A stretch of DNA of 64,000 nt from Glycera tridactyla (Eukaryota), in assembly GCA_965644265.1 (NCBI GenBank), contig OZ286468.1, forward strand, positions 47,554,001 to 47,618,000. The letters run 5' to 3'. The notes beneath the pieces are model-generated. The model had not been told where the DNA came from, searched no databases, and saw nothing but the letters and a program-made list of their open reading frames with translations. Below are positions 24,986-37,099 of this stretch, in pieces. Every line of letters starts with the position of its first letter. Within the stretch, counting starts at the first letter, position 1. The position numbers were made by a program, and so were the translations under genes.

Positions 24986-25639
24986 AAACAGTATACACGA
25001 TTTGTCCTGAATTATTCGAAAATTAAATATTTGATTTCCCGTTCGATTGGAAGAAGTGGAATTGAATTTTTCAAATTCTACATTTTCCTATCCATGTAGA
25101 AATGCATGCAAATTGGAGTCTGATTACTAGGATAAGAATAACATTGCATTTTGATACAGAAACAAACAGTCCATGATTCAGTAGACCCGAAAAACTGTCT
25201 GAATATTACTTACATTGCAGAATTGCCACGTATAAAGATGGTATCCAAATGAAATATACAACGGCTTGGATGGGGAGAGTGGAGTGCGTGTGCCTGTTAC
25301 TCCAATGTCACACGCGGACGTAAACGTACTAATGAATGAAGAGGTCGCGTGGGGTTATAATAACACTTGCGAGTTGGCCTCGGCGCCCTCTGGTGGCGAC
25401 GATCCACGTTGCTAGGGAGACAAAAATAAATACGGAAAAAGCTCATCTTGGTTCGAATTTCTGGTTCTCGTATCACTCACTTTGAGAATTATTTGAGTGT
25501 CACACAGGGTGCGATCAACTGAGTTTCGTGGGATAGTATCAAGCTAGTGGTTGTTGTCATGAATATCAAGGATAACCAGATGGGAGCCATGGTCTTATTG
25601 TTTGTCATTAGTAGTAGTTGCCAAGATAACATTATCTTT

Positions 25640-26282
25640 GTTCCGGCGTGGGTAGGGTGGGAGTCTTTTTCTTTGAAGTGTTGCCATCGGGGATGATGTG
25701 GCCTAGATGTAGCATCATCCCTTCTCTTTTTCTCAATAATTTTTGGTGTGGAGGGTTGAATGAAAACATACCTTCAGATTTTCTGTCATCTGTCTTTAGG
25801 CAATTTCTACCAAAATTACACTATCACCATGGTTTCTCCCTCTTCACCTCTTTTCTATCCCTCTAAGCTCCTTCTTATTTCTTCAGCGAAATGGTCTCTG
25901 TTGTAGGTAGCTAATAGTTTGCCTGTTGCAGATATTGTCACTATGCAAAAAGCGGGTACCAGGCACACCAGTTCTGGGTTACTAGGGCTGCGCTTTGCAG
26001 AAAAAAAGGCATTGCTATCAGGCTTGGGTGTTAGCTTCCAGCCAGCTACATAGTTAGATATGCCATCAAAGGTTTATTATGTGTGTTCAGATTAGGTAGA
26101 GGTGTGTCTGAACTGTCAGCTACTTCCACTTGACAACCTTTCAGGTTCCCCATCAACTTGTGTTCAGGGTTTGTGAGAGTGATTTCTGCAGGGGAGGGAA
26201 CATCTAGCTTTCATTAACCAGGAACACACGGCATACATAACCCACGGGTTGATACATGCCGTTAAACCTCAAACAAAGAAAA
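25640..26282 (+). repeat. Family X copy
   Basis: Aligns with 24600-24985 and 28405-29160; ends ttaaacctcaaacaaag(a)n. Confidence 0.85.
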
Positions 26283-26793
26283 AAAAAATTGTTCCGGCAC
26301 GAGCTATATAGGCGCTGACGATTGCTTTTTGCTATAATGTGATGAAACATATTTGCATTTGAGCATTATCTTGATGATGTTACACAATAAAAATTACGAT
26401 AAAAATTACATGTACACCCCCCCATTCCCCTCCCTTCAATCGCGCTCCACCCCCACCCCCATCCACCCCCTGCGACCACATAATATGATGTTGTATTCGT
26501 CTTCATTAGATGATTTATCAAAATAATGATCATACAGCAAGTGAAGTAGAACTAGTTCATATACATAGTAGTCAAATAAATACCACTTAGAAAATGCGGA
26601 AGAAAATGCGGAAGATAGTCCCCTCAAATGAATATTATTAAGCCTTATGACGCCATCCTGACACTGGTGGTAGTGGGCCAGTGCATGGATGCTCCGATGA
26701 TGTTCACTTCGCCTTCGGGCAAAGGTCTATTGTCACAGGCTGATAGCTATCAACAGTTCGCCAAAAGGGTAAGTGTCATGTCCACAGAAAGAA

Positions 26794-27035
26794 CACAGCC
26801 ATTCATTATCTGCATGTACATATTACAAGCATTTTCACAATTCCCTCCAAGACACAGCCTTTCATTATCTGCATGTACATATTACAAGCATTTTCACAAT
26901 ATCCTCCAAGACACAGCCTTTCATTATCTGCATGTACATATTACAAGCATTTTCACAATTCCCTCCAAGACACAGCCTTTCATTATCTGCATGTACATAT
27001 TACAAGCATTTTCACAATTCCCTCCAAGACACAGA
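26794..27035 (+). repeat. 59-bp minisatellite, ~4 copies
   Basis: cacagcctttcattatctgcatgtacatattacaagcattttcacaattccctccaaga; period 59. Confidence 0.95.
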
Positions 27036-27074
27036 GTCCACAATCCCCTCTCCTCGCGCGCGCGCGCGTGTGTG

Positions 27075-27640
27075 TGTAAGCTAGTGCCAAGTATCATGAT
27101 TCCATGACTGCTGGGGGTGATGCATTGCCAGTGCTAGCCTCATAGCTACTCACTGAGCTCCCCTTTTTGTGCGGAGGGTTCTGGATAGAGTAGCGGTAAG
27201 GAGCACTGGCAGTATGTTGCTGGCGGTGGGTGCCTTACCCACAAGTCATGGGTTCAAACCCCTTATAAAACCCGAAAATTGGGCTTGGCCATTTGACACA
27301 TTTCATGGACCTTTTGCCCGTGCATTATGTCACTGACATGAAATGAATCAAGCAAGTGTGTAAACAGCCAGTGCCAGGTATCATGATTCCATGACAGCGG
27401 GGAAGGGGGGGGGGGGGTGTCGATACATTGTCATTGCTAGCCTCATAGCTGCTCACTGAGCTCCCCTTTTTGTGGGAGTGTCTGGAAAGAGTGGCAGCAA
27501 GGAGCACTGGCAGTGTGTTGCTGGCGGTGGGTGGCTCACTCAGGGGTCATGGATTCAAACCCCATATGAAACCCAAAAATTTGACTTGTGCATTTGACAC
27601 ACTTCATGGAACTGTTGCCCGTGCATCATGTCACTGACAT
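27075..27640 (+). repeat. ~287-bp tandem duplication containing tRNA-like A/B boxes
   Basis: gtatcatgattccatgac at 27091 and 27378; tagcggtaagg and gggttcaaaccc. Confidence 0.8.
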
Positions 27641-28404
27641 GATATTAATAGATAAGTGTGTATGTGATGATTTGATGTGTGTATTCCCATGAATAACTTG
27701 GAGTGGTGCAGGATACTCGTTTATATGCAAGCTGTGGCATTCACACATGATTTTATTTATTCTCTCGACGACAAGACTGCCAAAATACTGAATAAACATT
27801 TGATAGTATCCATTATGGATTTCTATAATGTCGTGTAGGGCGTAATGGATGTGCCCCCCCCCCCTCAGCTGCCAAAAATACAACAAATAGTTTGAGAAGA
27901 AATATTCGCCATGAATACACTTCATGGATAATTCCATCGATACCCATGATACTCCTTGAATGATCCTTATGAACATCATGAAATTCACCTCCCTTGATCG
28001 ATTACATTTGTACCCACCACATGTGTGTCTCAATATAGCCCGTTTGGAGCTTGCGAGAGGTTAAACAAACATCCGTAGATCTATGCTGTATATGATAGCG
28101 ATAGTGAGTTAAGGGAATCTCTTTTTGTCTCTGTCCTCTCTCATTAGATTATACTATAATCGCCATTGTCTGGGTCTCATTTGTTTTGTAGACTGATATA
28201 CGGAAAACCCTGATTGAGTGCATTGTGATCGAGCTCCTCACGAACGGTGCTGATTCTACACTCGTCATAGTCAGAAATATTTCTACACATTCTGTGTCAC
28301 CTTACACTTCTGGGTTGGTGAAATTTTCAATACTTTTCAACATTTCGTCGTTGTCATCATTGTGGTCGTCGCAGCCGCCGGCGCCGCCCCTTCCACCATC
28401 CCTC

Positions 28405-29160
28405 TAAGCTCTTTCTTATTTCTTCAGCGAAATGGTTTCAGGTGTAGGTAGCTGACGGTTTGCCTGTAAATGAAAATGGAAATGGTGTTGTTTTAGGTCC
28501 ACTTTCTGCACTTGAGTAGGCTAAATCGGACCACCAGCCAAGGAGGAGCGAAGATAAAGGGTGAACATTCCTGCATGGTAGGACCGGGGATTGAACCCCA
28601 GACCCATTGCATGCCGGCCCAGTACGTTACCACTGAGCCACCAAGGCATGCCCGGTTTGCCTGTAGCAGATATTGTCACAATGCAAAAAGCGGGTACCTG
28701 GCACACCAGTTCCGGGTTACTTGGACTGCAACTGGGTTACTAGGTCATGTGATGGCATTGTACTGCAAGCATAGGACAAACCATTATTGTAAACCTGGTT
28801 TGAAGTTGGCGGTCTGTAATTGAACACATTGGTTGAGTATCCTCAAAACCTAATACTATTCCTTGTGTCAAGTGCGAAAAAAGCATTGCCATCAGGATTG
28901 AGTGTCAGCTTCCAGCCACTTACATAGTTAGATATGCCATTTTCAGGTTTATTATGTTATTGTAGAGCAGGTAGAGGTGTGTCTGAACTGTCAGCCACTT
29001 CCACTTGACAACCTTTCGTGTTCCCATTCATCTTGAGTTCAGGGTTTGTGAGAGTGATGTCTGCAGGGGAGAGGACATTAGCTTTCATTAACCAGGAACA
29101 CACGGCATACATGATCCTGGAGTTTATACATGCCGTTAAACCTCAAGCAAACAAACAAAC
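28405..29160 (+). repeat. Family X copy (contains the SINE at 28469-28652)
   Basis: Aligns with 24600-24985 and 25870-26282; ends ttaaacctcaagcaaacaaacaaac. Confidence 0.85.
28469..28652 (-). mobile_element. Same tRNA-derived SINE family, second copy
   Basis: Reverse complement aligns along its length with 30591-30771; 13-bp TSD cggtttgcctgta at 28456-28468 and 28653-28665; empty site visible in the related segment near 25918. Confidence 0.92.
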
Positions 29161-29589
29161 AAAGCCCTCCGCCACCACCACCATCATCGGCTTGTGTGCG
29201 GGCAGGCGACTTTGGAAAAAGAGCAAAGGCTACTATAAAGCAGTAATAGCTATAATAGGATGTTGTTTCCGACATATTATCCATGCTGCTGGTCAGTTTT
29301 GCAACCAGCATCAGGTGTATAGAAATTGCCCCGACCTTAGCCCCAGGCTTGACGCGAAATGACGTGGCATTGTTGCCATTGAAATGTAACATTTTGTTAT
29401 GGGGAATTGGGGCACAACAGTTGTATAATTGCAGGGAGGGATGGGCATGCATGTCGCTGCTACCCAACTTGCATCTTTCCCGTTATTTCTTAATTCTATT
29501 ATAAGTATCATGGAATGATGATATATGATATTGACGTATTTGTCCATCGACTTTCATCATATGTTGACTGATTGATACATTTTTAATCG

Positions 29590-29960
29590 TTAATGAATGA
29601 CATATCTTGGCGTTTTGAATGTGTCCCAGCTGGGCATGCCAGGAACATTGGAATTATATTCGATAATAGTTTGACCATCGATAAACAAATAACCATGGCC
29701 TGCCAAGCAGCAAATTTCCAAATTTGTTGGATAGGACATATCCATAAATACCTATCCTATGAAGCCTCAAAGACAGTCGTATATTCACTTGTTACATCCC
29801 GTATTGATAATGGTAATGCCTTGCTTCTTGACCTGCCTAAAAATAAAATCAGAAAGCTGCAACATGCTCTCAATGCAGCAGCTCATGTAGAAGCTATTAT
29901 TGTTAGTATTATTATTATTATTATTATTATTATTTATTATTATTATTATTATTATTATTC
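29590..29960 (+). mobile_element. L2-clade LINE fragment with (TTA)n tract
   Basis: ARNIGIIFDNSLTIDKQI..ACQAANFQI..IGHIHKYLSYEASKTVVYSLVTSRIDNGNALL.DLPK..IRKLQ..LNAAA. Confidence 0.85.
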
Positions 29961-30376
29961 CTGGTTTATATTCGTTTTGATACCTGTCAACTAATTCCAA
30001 AGCGAAGGACATAGCCCTCCACTTGCCCGAAGCCGGTAGATTTCCTGGTTGGGCTGGTAGATTTAAAATTCACTTCCCTGATAGAGGGATGGAAAATTAT
30101 GGTAGATGCAGTGAGACATGCTGAATCTCGGGGGGGGGGGGGGGGGTGTAGATTCGAAATGTACCTGTCCACTGTGCAGGTGGATATATCCGATCCCATT
30201 CCCATTTTTGATGTCTTCAATGCCGGAAATCTAGCAACATTTGAATTTTTCATTTTTGTTTATGTATCCTGTATCACTTTCGAAGAAATGGAAAGGAGAC
30301 TTATGTCTCATCGACGTCCAATAAACATTTATGAAAGCTGTTATGAAGCTGTTTATTCACATCATGTTTAAGTGAG

Positions 30377-31095
30377 ATGGCGTTTGACGATCTACTGAGG
30401 AGGCATATTGGTGAATATGGTCGGTACCAAGTGCTGATGTCAGTCTCTATATTGCTGATCACGATGCTGGGTGCCTCCGATACAATCGAGTTGAACTTCA
30501 CTACCTACACCCCACCATTCTTCTGTAATCCAGGCAAGTCACACATTGAATCAGAATCTGTGTACAGAAATATGGTGATCACTGATGTGAAGCCTGCCTC
30601 GGTGGCTCAGTGGTAGCATACTGGGTCAGGGTGCAAAGGGTCTGGGGTTCGATCCCCGGTCCTACCATGCAGGAATGTTTCACCCTTCATCTTCGATCCT
30701 CCTTGGCAGGTGGTCTGAATTAGTCTACTCAAGTGTAGGAAGTGGACCTAAAACCTCAACATTTTCATTTCCACTGATGTGACAACAATCAATTCCTTCA
30801 ATGATGTAATGTCATCATGCCCGTGAATAACATATCAAATGACCAATGCAATCTTGTGGACAATGAAAGCAGTACCATGACAAATGAACCTTTGCCAGAA
30901 AGCAAGATCGGGTGCAATAAGTGGACCTATCAAAAAGATGTGAGGACTTCAACGATCGTGACTGAGGTGAGTTATTTTCGGTACTATTTCCAATATATAA
31001 TGTGAAGAGGTCAGATGACAGGTGGCAATGGTTGGATTGGCAGACAGAGGTTTTAATCCAGAAATCACTGAGAACTTGTCACATATATATGTATG

Positions 31096-31133
<38 letters not shown>

Positions 31134-31889
31134 CCATTTACATATATGTCATCAGTACATAGTATCTCTGTTCCTCTACGAGTTTACCCACAGGACATAG
31201 ATGAATTCGCAGCTCCCCACATCATAGTAGTATAGCTCTGTTAATCAGCACCTTGACATGCAGGACATAAGTGAAGCTGTAACATCTTCATTGATATAGC
31301 TATATGTCTCTATTCCTCCCCAGTCTGTGAATTCTAGTCTGTGGTCGCAAGGCCCTTAATGCCACAACCAAAAGTCTCTATATGGTTGGCTTCTTATTTG
31401 GGGTGCTCTCTGGAGGGTATGGTTCTGACAGGTAAAAGAGATATCTTTATTCATTACATTCATTTCTTCAAAATGTTGAATGCCACAGTCACCATCTGCT
31501 GGTTGAGAAGGAATGGATATGTACTTATCATATGTGTGTCCTCGAGTGTCTGTCACTTTCACTTTCACCTTCACCCAGAAGGAGGCGTATTGGATAGCTC
31601 CACCCATGCTCATTGCATGGACGTCACAGTTAAGCTCATATGTTGCTCATAGGATCGATAACAATTAACCAACCATCTCAGTACCTCCAGCTAACACAAC
31701 CACCCAGAAATGAAATTGGTATGAATTTGATGCCAACACATTGTATTCGGCTGTAGATTTGGACATTGTGTCACATGTTTGACCGTGCATGGATTGAAGT
31801 TACTGCTAACAGCTGGGCAATGTTTGTATCCATACGCCTGCTCATTGGATGGATGCATAGTGCCACCAGTCTGATTGATTTCACTCTGG
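30377..31889 (+). pseudogene. SLC22 pseudogene B (exons 1-3 only; paralog of gene C)
   Basis: Exon 1 (30377-30966) is interrupted by a SINE and has a 1-nt deletion near 30818. Exon 2 (31324-31431) is 108 nt vs 104. Exon 3 (31757-31889) is 133 nt vs 155 (22-nt deletion). No exon 4 or later was found. Upstream and intron sequence align with 44190-46790. Confidence 0.92.
30591..30771 (+). mobile_element. tRNA-derived SINE inserted in pseudogene exon 1
   Basis: A-box tggctcagtgg, B-box gggttcgatcc; 11-bp TSD cactgatgtga at 30580-30590 and 30772-30782. Confidence 0.92.
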
Positions 31890-31982
31890 GTGAGTGTCTG
31901 AGCCAGAAACATGGATTGAATAAATTTATGCACGAGGTAGGAATTCATACATATGAATAATCCATGCATGAGTATTCTTATA

Positions 31983-32160
31983 CAGTGTAACCTGTCCTAG
32001 GCAGCCACAGTACTAAGCAGCCACCTGCCCTAAGCAGCCACTTTTGAATTTCCCAACGAGTTTTTTCCCCACTATAATTAACCTGCTCTAAGCAGCCACC
32101 TGCCCTAAGCAGCCACTTTTTGCCTTCCCAAAGGGTGGCTGCTTACGACAGGTTTGACTG
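31983..32160. mobile_element. Related MITE (aagcagccac-type)
   Basis: TA|cagtgtaacctgtc...gacaggtttgactg; absent at the matching site in gene C intron 3. Confidence 0.75.
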
Positions 32161-32779
32161 TGTAAGGTATGGATCTATATGCTAGTATTTCTCAGGGATT
32201 GTGAAAATGATGCCTGCAGGGTACAGCGCAACTAGTTTTTATCGAACTGAAACACACAGCATACTTATTCCTCTGCATCAATGGATGCCATTACATCTCA
32301 ACCAAACAGAACTCCCTACAACTCGTAATCATTTGCTAACCCAGTGCATGCTGACTGGGATATCACCCGTATCAGCCATGACATGGTGATATGAAAGTAA
32401 AGGAATATGTATATCAGGTCGATCAGATGAATCAGGTAGGTGTCATCAGGTCCCCAACCGACAATCTCACACTCCACCTGGTGGTTTGGATGTTAACTAA
32501 CTTTTCACGAATGACAACTTCAATTCAATTCAAAACACTTCATATCACCGTATTGAGTATACATGGAATAGGCACTAATGTCTGAAACAAAGTAACTACG
32601 AATATTAACTATACAAAAGCAATAGGCAGTTACTATAGTATATAGTCAAATTGGACACATGGTCATGACAGGTAAACAATTATTGCACTTGGACATGACA
32701 TAAGCAGAACTACATAGATATCTGAATGAATTAAGTCATTGTATGTTTTGTGGATAGATGTGTGCGAGGATGTCTGTGT

Positions 32780-33810
32780 ATATGATAATAGTTCATGGTT
32801 TCCAAGGTGATGAGCGGCAAACAATACTTCCCAAATTGAATGCTAAGCCAGCGGACTGTACACCACGTGAATCACGCTGAAAGTAAAAGCTGACACAGGG
32901 GCAAATGGAAATATCTTGCCGCTTTGGTGTTTACAACCAATCCATCCAAACTTCAAAGATAGGAGCTCCAAGCTGCAGCGTAACGATGTGAGTCTCTCCC
33001 AGTTTGAAAAAATCATCATGGTTTGTGACTAGGTTTTATGCGTGTGAAACAGATGGCTCTGCCATTTCGTTCTGCTGAGTCACAGGGAAACTAGGGAATA
33101 TCGAAGTGTCAACGAATTGTATCATCTCAGTTGTACAGAGTCATGGGAAACAAAATGACACTGGCACATACTTGATTGTAAACCCTACAAGATCTTCATC
33201 CGATCTTCTTCAGCAATTTCTCGAAGATTTAATAGTTAGTTGCGCATATGCTTGGACTCGAAACACTGTAATGAGGCAATTGGGCGCACTCGTCATTCTG
33301 GAAGCAATACAAGATAAGCTCCATGATTCCACCGTATTCACAAAGCTAGATACCAAGCATGGCTACTGGAAGTGTGATGAAAGTAGCCCAATGTGCACAT
33401 TTCAGAGTCCAGCTGGAAAGTATAGATACTTGCGCATGCCTACCGGGCTGTGTGTCTCTCAGGACTTATTTCAATAGCGCATGGCTAATTCATACATCAA
33501 GCAGGCGAAGGTGCCATTGGTATAGCTGATGATATTGTCGGATGTTGTAAAAATGTTGAGGGACATGACAAAGCACTGGATCGGGTATCGCGTGTAGCGA
33601 GGCAATATGGTCTTGTATTGCATGCAGGAAAGTGTGATGTTAGGAGGAATTCTGATGTACCACTGTTTAATTTCAGCTGATACCACCACACTCTGCGGTG
33701 TTTATTTCAAACCATAAACATACTTCTTGTAGTCTTCATAGTGACCAAAAATATGTTACAATGGAACTCGGAACCTGGATGTTCTTTTCGGATCTGGTAA
33801 CTCATCGATG
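32780..33810 (+). mobile_element. Gypsy/Ty3 LTR-retrotransposon pol remnant (protease + RT)
   Basis: LKVKADTGANGNILP (~32876-32920); DSTVFTKLDTKHGYWK...CTFQSPAGKYRYLRMPTGLCVSQDLFQ; GIADDI; stops and frameshifts. Confidence 0.85.
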
Positions 33811-34006
33811 TAGTCCCGTCTGACTGACTCTGAATTTCATTATGTTGTTGAGGTAAATATTAATGTGCATGTCGTCGTCCCATATCTGATTCAGTCCTTG
33901 GGGAATCTTCATCTTCTGGATACTTGGGAAGACCGAGCCTTGTCGTCCCCACTTCTCGCTCAAAGATTGATTCGAACAGAACGTTGATAATTGGTATTGG
34001 TAAATA

Positions 34007-34184
34007 CAGTCGAACCTCCTCTAAAGACCACCTCTCTGTGAGGACCACCTCCCTATAAAGACCACCCTGAGCTGCGACCGTGGTAGTATTTTCAACAGTG
34101 AATGACCTCCCTATAAAGATCACCTCCCTATAAAGACCACGTTTTGATGCGACCGAAGGCGGTCTTTATAGAGAGGTTCGACTG
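34007..34184. mobile_element. Tc1/mariner-like MITE
   Basis: TA|cagtcgaacct...aggttcgactg|TA. Confidence 0.88.
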
Positions 34185-34210
34185 TAGGTGTATCAGAGTG
34201 ATGTTTGTTA

Positions 34211-34641
34211 AAGTCTGTCAAGTTTAATCGTGGCGGGTACGTTTTTCGCCCTAGCATCGCGAATTCGCATCAGATTGAAATGTAACTTGCGGACAGACAT
34301 TGTTGATATCTCCGACGATTAGAAATGTGACCGCGGCCAAGTTTCCTTGTATATTTCACCTTAGAACGCCAAATATGTCAAATTCACGCTGGTTTTGTGT
34401 CGAGTGCAGCGGCCGTATCTTCACTGTTTCGCATACAAATACTCGCCGATAATGGCGGCGGATTCACCGAAAAAATGCAATGAAATTATGGTGTAATCCT
34501 CTTCTAATGCATACAGATCACCCGAGACTAGGTTCGATAATCGCCGGAAGACCTGTACAATCCAATCGTGCCATCGAAAGTCAAATCAAACGAAAATATA
34601 GCGTGTGAAACGTACCCGCCACATTTGGATTTGACAGAGTT
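34211..34641. mobile_element. MITE with ~30-bp imperfect TIRs
   Basis: agtctgtcaagtttaatcgtggcgggtacg vs reverse complement of cgtacccgccacatttggatttgacagagt. Confidence 0.65.
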
Positions 34642-35484
34642 TAGTGTAGCATAGGCTGACCCAAACTCAGAAATCTCTCATTTGTATTGTGTAGAGATCT
34701 CGTATCTCGATGTTGATTCTGATATAGTTTTGCTCAGTTTCCATAGTTTCTAGTTTCTATTTCAGTTTTCCACAACAATAGTATATCTAGTCATTCTATC
34801 ATGTGTATGTTTGTGTCCGAGCACCGTATATGAGATGAAGATAACCGGTGAAATGCCTGACCCTGTGTGCCCTAGTCTTGAGTCACATTGAAGAACCAAA
34901 TCGTACATACGAGCACTGGTTGCCGCCATGCTGCTATGATATGTCACTTTTTGTCCACCTTGTGTATGATTTTTTTTTCATGATTGCCTATGCCATTTCC
35001 CTTGTGGAATGGAAATGTGTTTTTTTTGTAATGCATTTTGCAATAAAGTAATTATGAATCCTTGTGAAGCCTTATTTCTTCTGGGTCGCTGGGATTTGTT
35101 CCAGTGATCGGCTCATATACATGATATTCAGTGAATTTGAGGATATCGTGAATCATCTTTCCAAACTCAGAAATCTCTCATTTGTAATTGATGCACCATG
35201 ATATGTTATCGTAGTTCACGTTTAGGTAATGTGTACGAGGTACTCTCTTACTGATAGATTTGCTGAATTTCAATGGCATATATCAACCCGAAGGATGCCT
35301 TGGGTTCCTGATCCATCAAGTCTAGATGATCACTCCTCCGCAATTTTCATCTTTCAAATACCGTCAACTTCACTGAAAGTTTGTTGACTAATGCTCCTGC
35401 ATACTTGTGACATCATTCTATATACTCTGTAATTGTGGACATATTTCTTCTGTCTGGTATGTATTTATTTTTTATTCGAGGGGA

Positions 35485-35974
35485 GATGTGCCACCCGGTA
35501 TACTCGAAGCAGCCGATACAGATTCATGATCTGTGATGTGCCACTCGGTATAGTCGAAGCAGCCGATACAGATTCATGATCTGTGATGTGCCACTCGGTA
35601 TAGTCGAAGCAGCCGATACAGATTCATGATCTGTGATGTGCCACTCAGTATAGTCGAAGCAGCCGATACAGATTCATGATCTGCGATGTGCCACTCAGTA
35701 TAGTCGAAGCAGCCGATACAGATTCATAATCTGTGATGTGCCACTTGGTATAGTCGAAGCAGCCGATACAGATTCATGATCTGTGAGGTGCCACTCGGTA
35801 TAGTCGAAGCAGCCGATACAGATTCATGATCTGTGATGTGCCACTCGGTATAGTCGAAGCAGCCGATACAGATTCATGATCTGTGATGTGCCACTCGGTA
35901 TAGTCGAAGCAGCCGATACACTGTGATGTGCCACTCGGTATAGTCAAAGCAGCCGATACAGATTCATGATCTGT
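35485..35974 (+). repeat. 50-bp minisatellite, ~10 copies
   Basis: gatgtgccactcggtatagtcgaagcagccgatacagattcatgatctgt; period 50. Confidence 0.96.
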
Positions 35975-37099
35975 GGTTGGAAATCGGTGGTTGAACTTAT
36001 TCAGAATCTTACCTCTACGAGGTTCTTGGTGTCAGGTTACTTGAGGAAACCAGAAGGTGCAATATAGATCTATATAGGGTGGAGACGGAGTTACTTGGTC
36101 AAGCATTCGAAACCACGCACTACAGGCTCGCGCACTAGGTCGCAAACAAGTATTGCAGTGGACAAATTGTCGATTGTTCCAGCAACCAAGCTGAAGTTCT
36201 CGGACAGGAATTCCAGTGTCAGAGGGGTCCGCCTCTGTAATGCCTAGGATACCACCACCTGTAATAATGAGCAGCTGACAGGCTAAAAAGCTTACTCGCT
36301 CGAAGAGGATGTATAGATGTATGTAATTCACATTCACTAAAAAACCTGAAAAGAGCTTCCGGGGTGGAAAATATTTATTTGAACCTGATGCAGATGTCAC
36401 TATGACTAGAGGGAACCACCGAAATTACGAATTGATCACAAGATCACTAGATGTCATTTTGACTAGAGGGAACCCGGGAGTCTCGTAATATCTGAATGAG
36501 CCGTCCGACCACCAGATGGCTCCAAGTGATTCCGAAACTGCCACTGCCTAAATGCCATCTGACCACCAGATGTCACCTCAACCCGTGAATGATGATGACT
36601 CATAGACCATTGGTACAATAATGCACCGTTTGTTTTAGAACATTAGTCTACCCTATTGAGAACGTCGACCTTTCTTATCCCTATATGCTGTTACGATTGT
36701 AAAAACGTTGTCCTTGTTCGATCTATATTCTAGTTAAATACCCGCGTGTGATATGACCCCCGGGGTGATACGTCTTCTGCCTAATGAAATTTATAAAACA
36801 AACAAATATTGCATCTTGCGTCTGCGGACATAATATGCTCCGCCTCTAAAATGTTCACTATCACTACCACTATCACCGTTTGTCACATGCATTTAGCATG
36901 AATTTTAACGCACATATCCAACAAATTCCGATGTGGATAATCCTCTTGTACTTACTGTGTACACAAATAAGTACGTTACTCTTCTTATGCGTGTACCTTG
37001 TTGTAGTATTATGTACATCATCCCTGAATATTAATGTAAATATGAAATTGTTTTGTTATGTAACCACTGCAGCTGATTGTGTACATTAATCCCAAATAC

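Noticed and set aside
30591-30670. Possible tRNA gene
   Set aside because: Has A/B boxes but continues into a SINE body, has a TSD, and a second copy exists at 28469-28652; no complete cloverleaf.
35485-35974. CRISPR-like appearance of the 50-bp array
   Set aside because: Head-to-tail near-identical units without spacers; a minisatellite.
36030-36460. 122-aa minus-strand ORF / LINE-like remnant
   Set aside because: Only faint L2/CR1 C-terminal echoes on the plus strand; not supportable.
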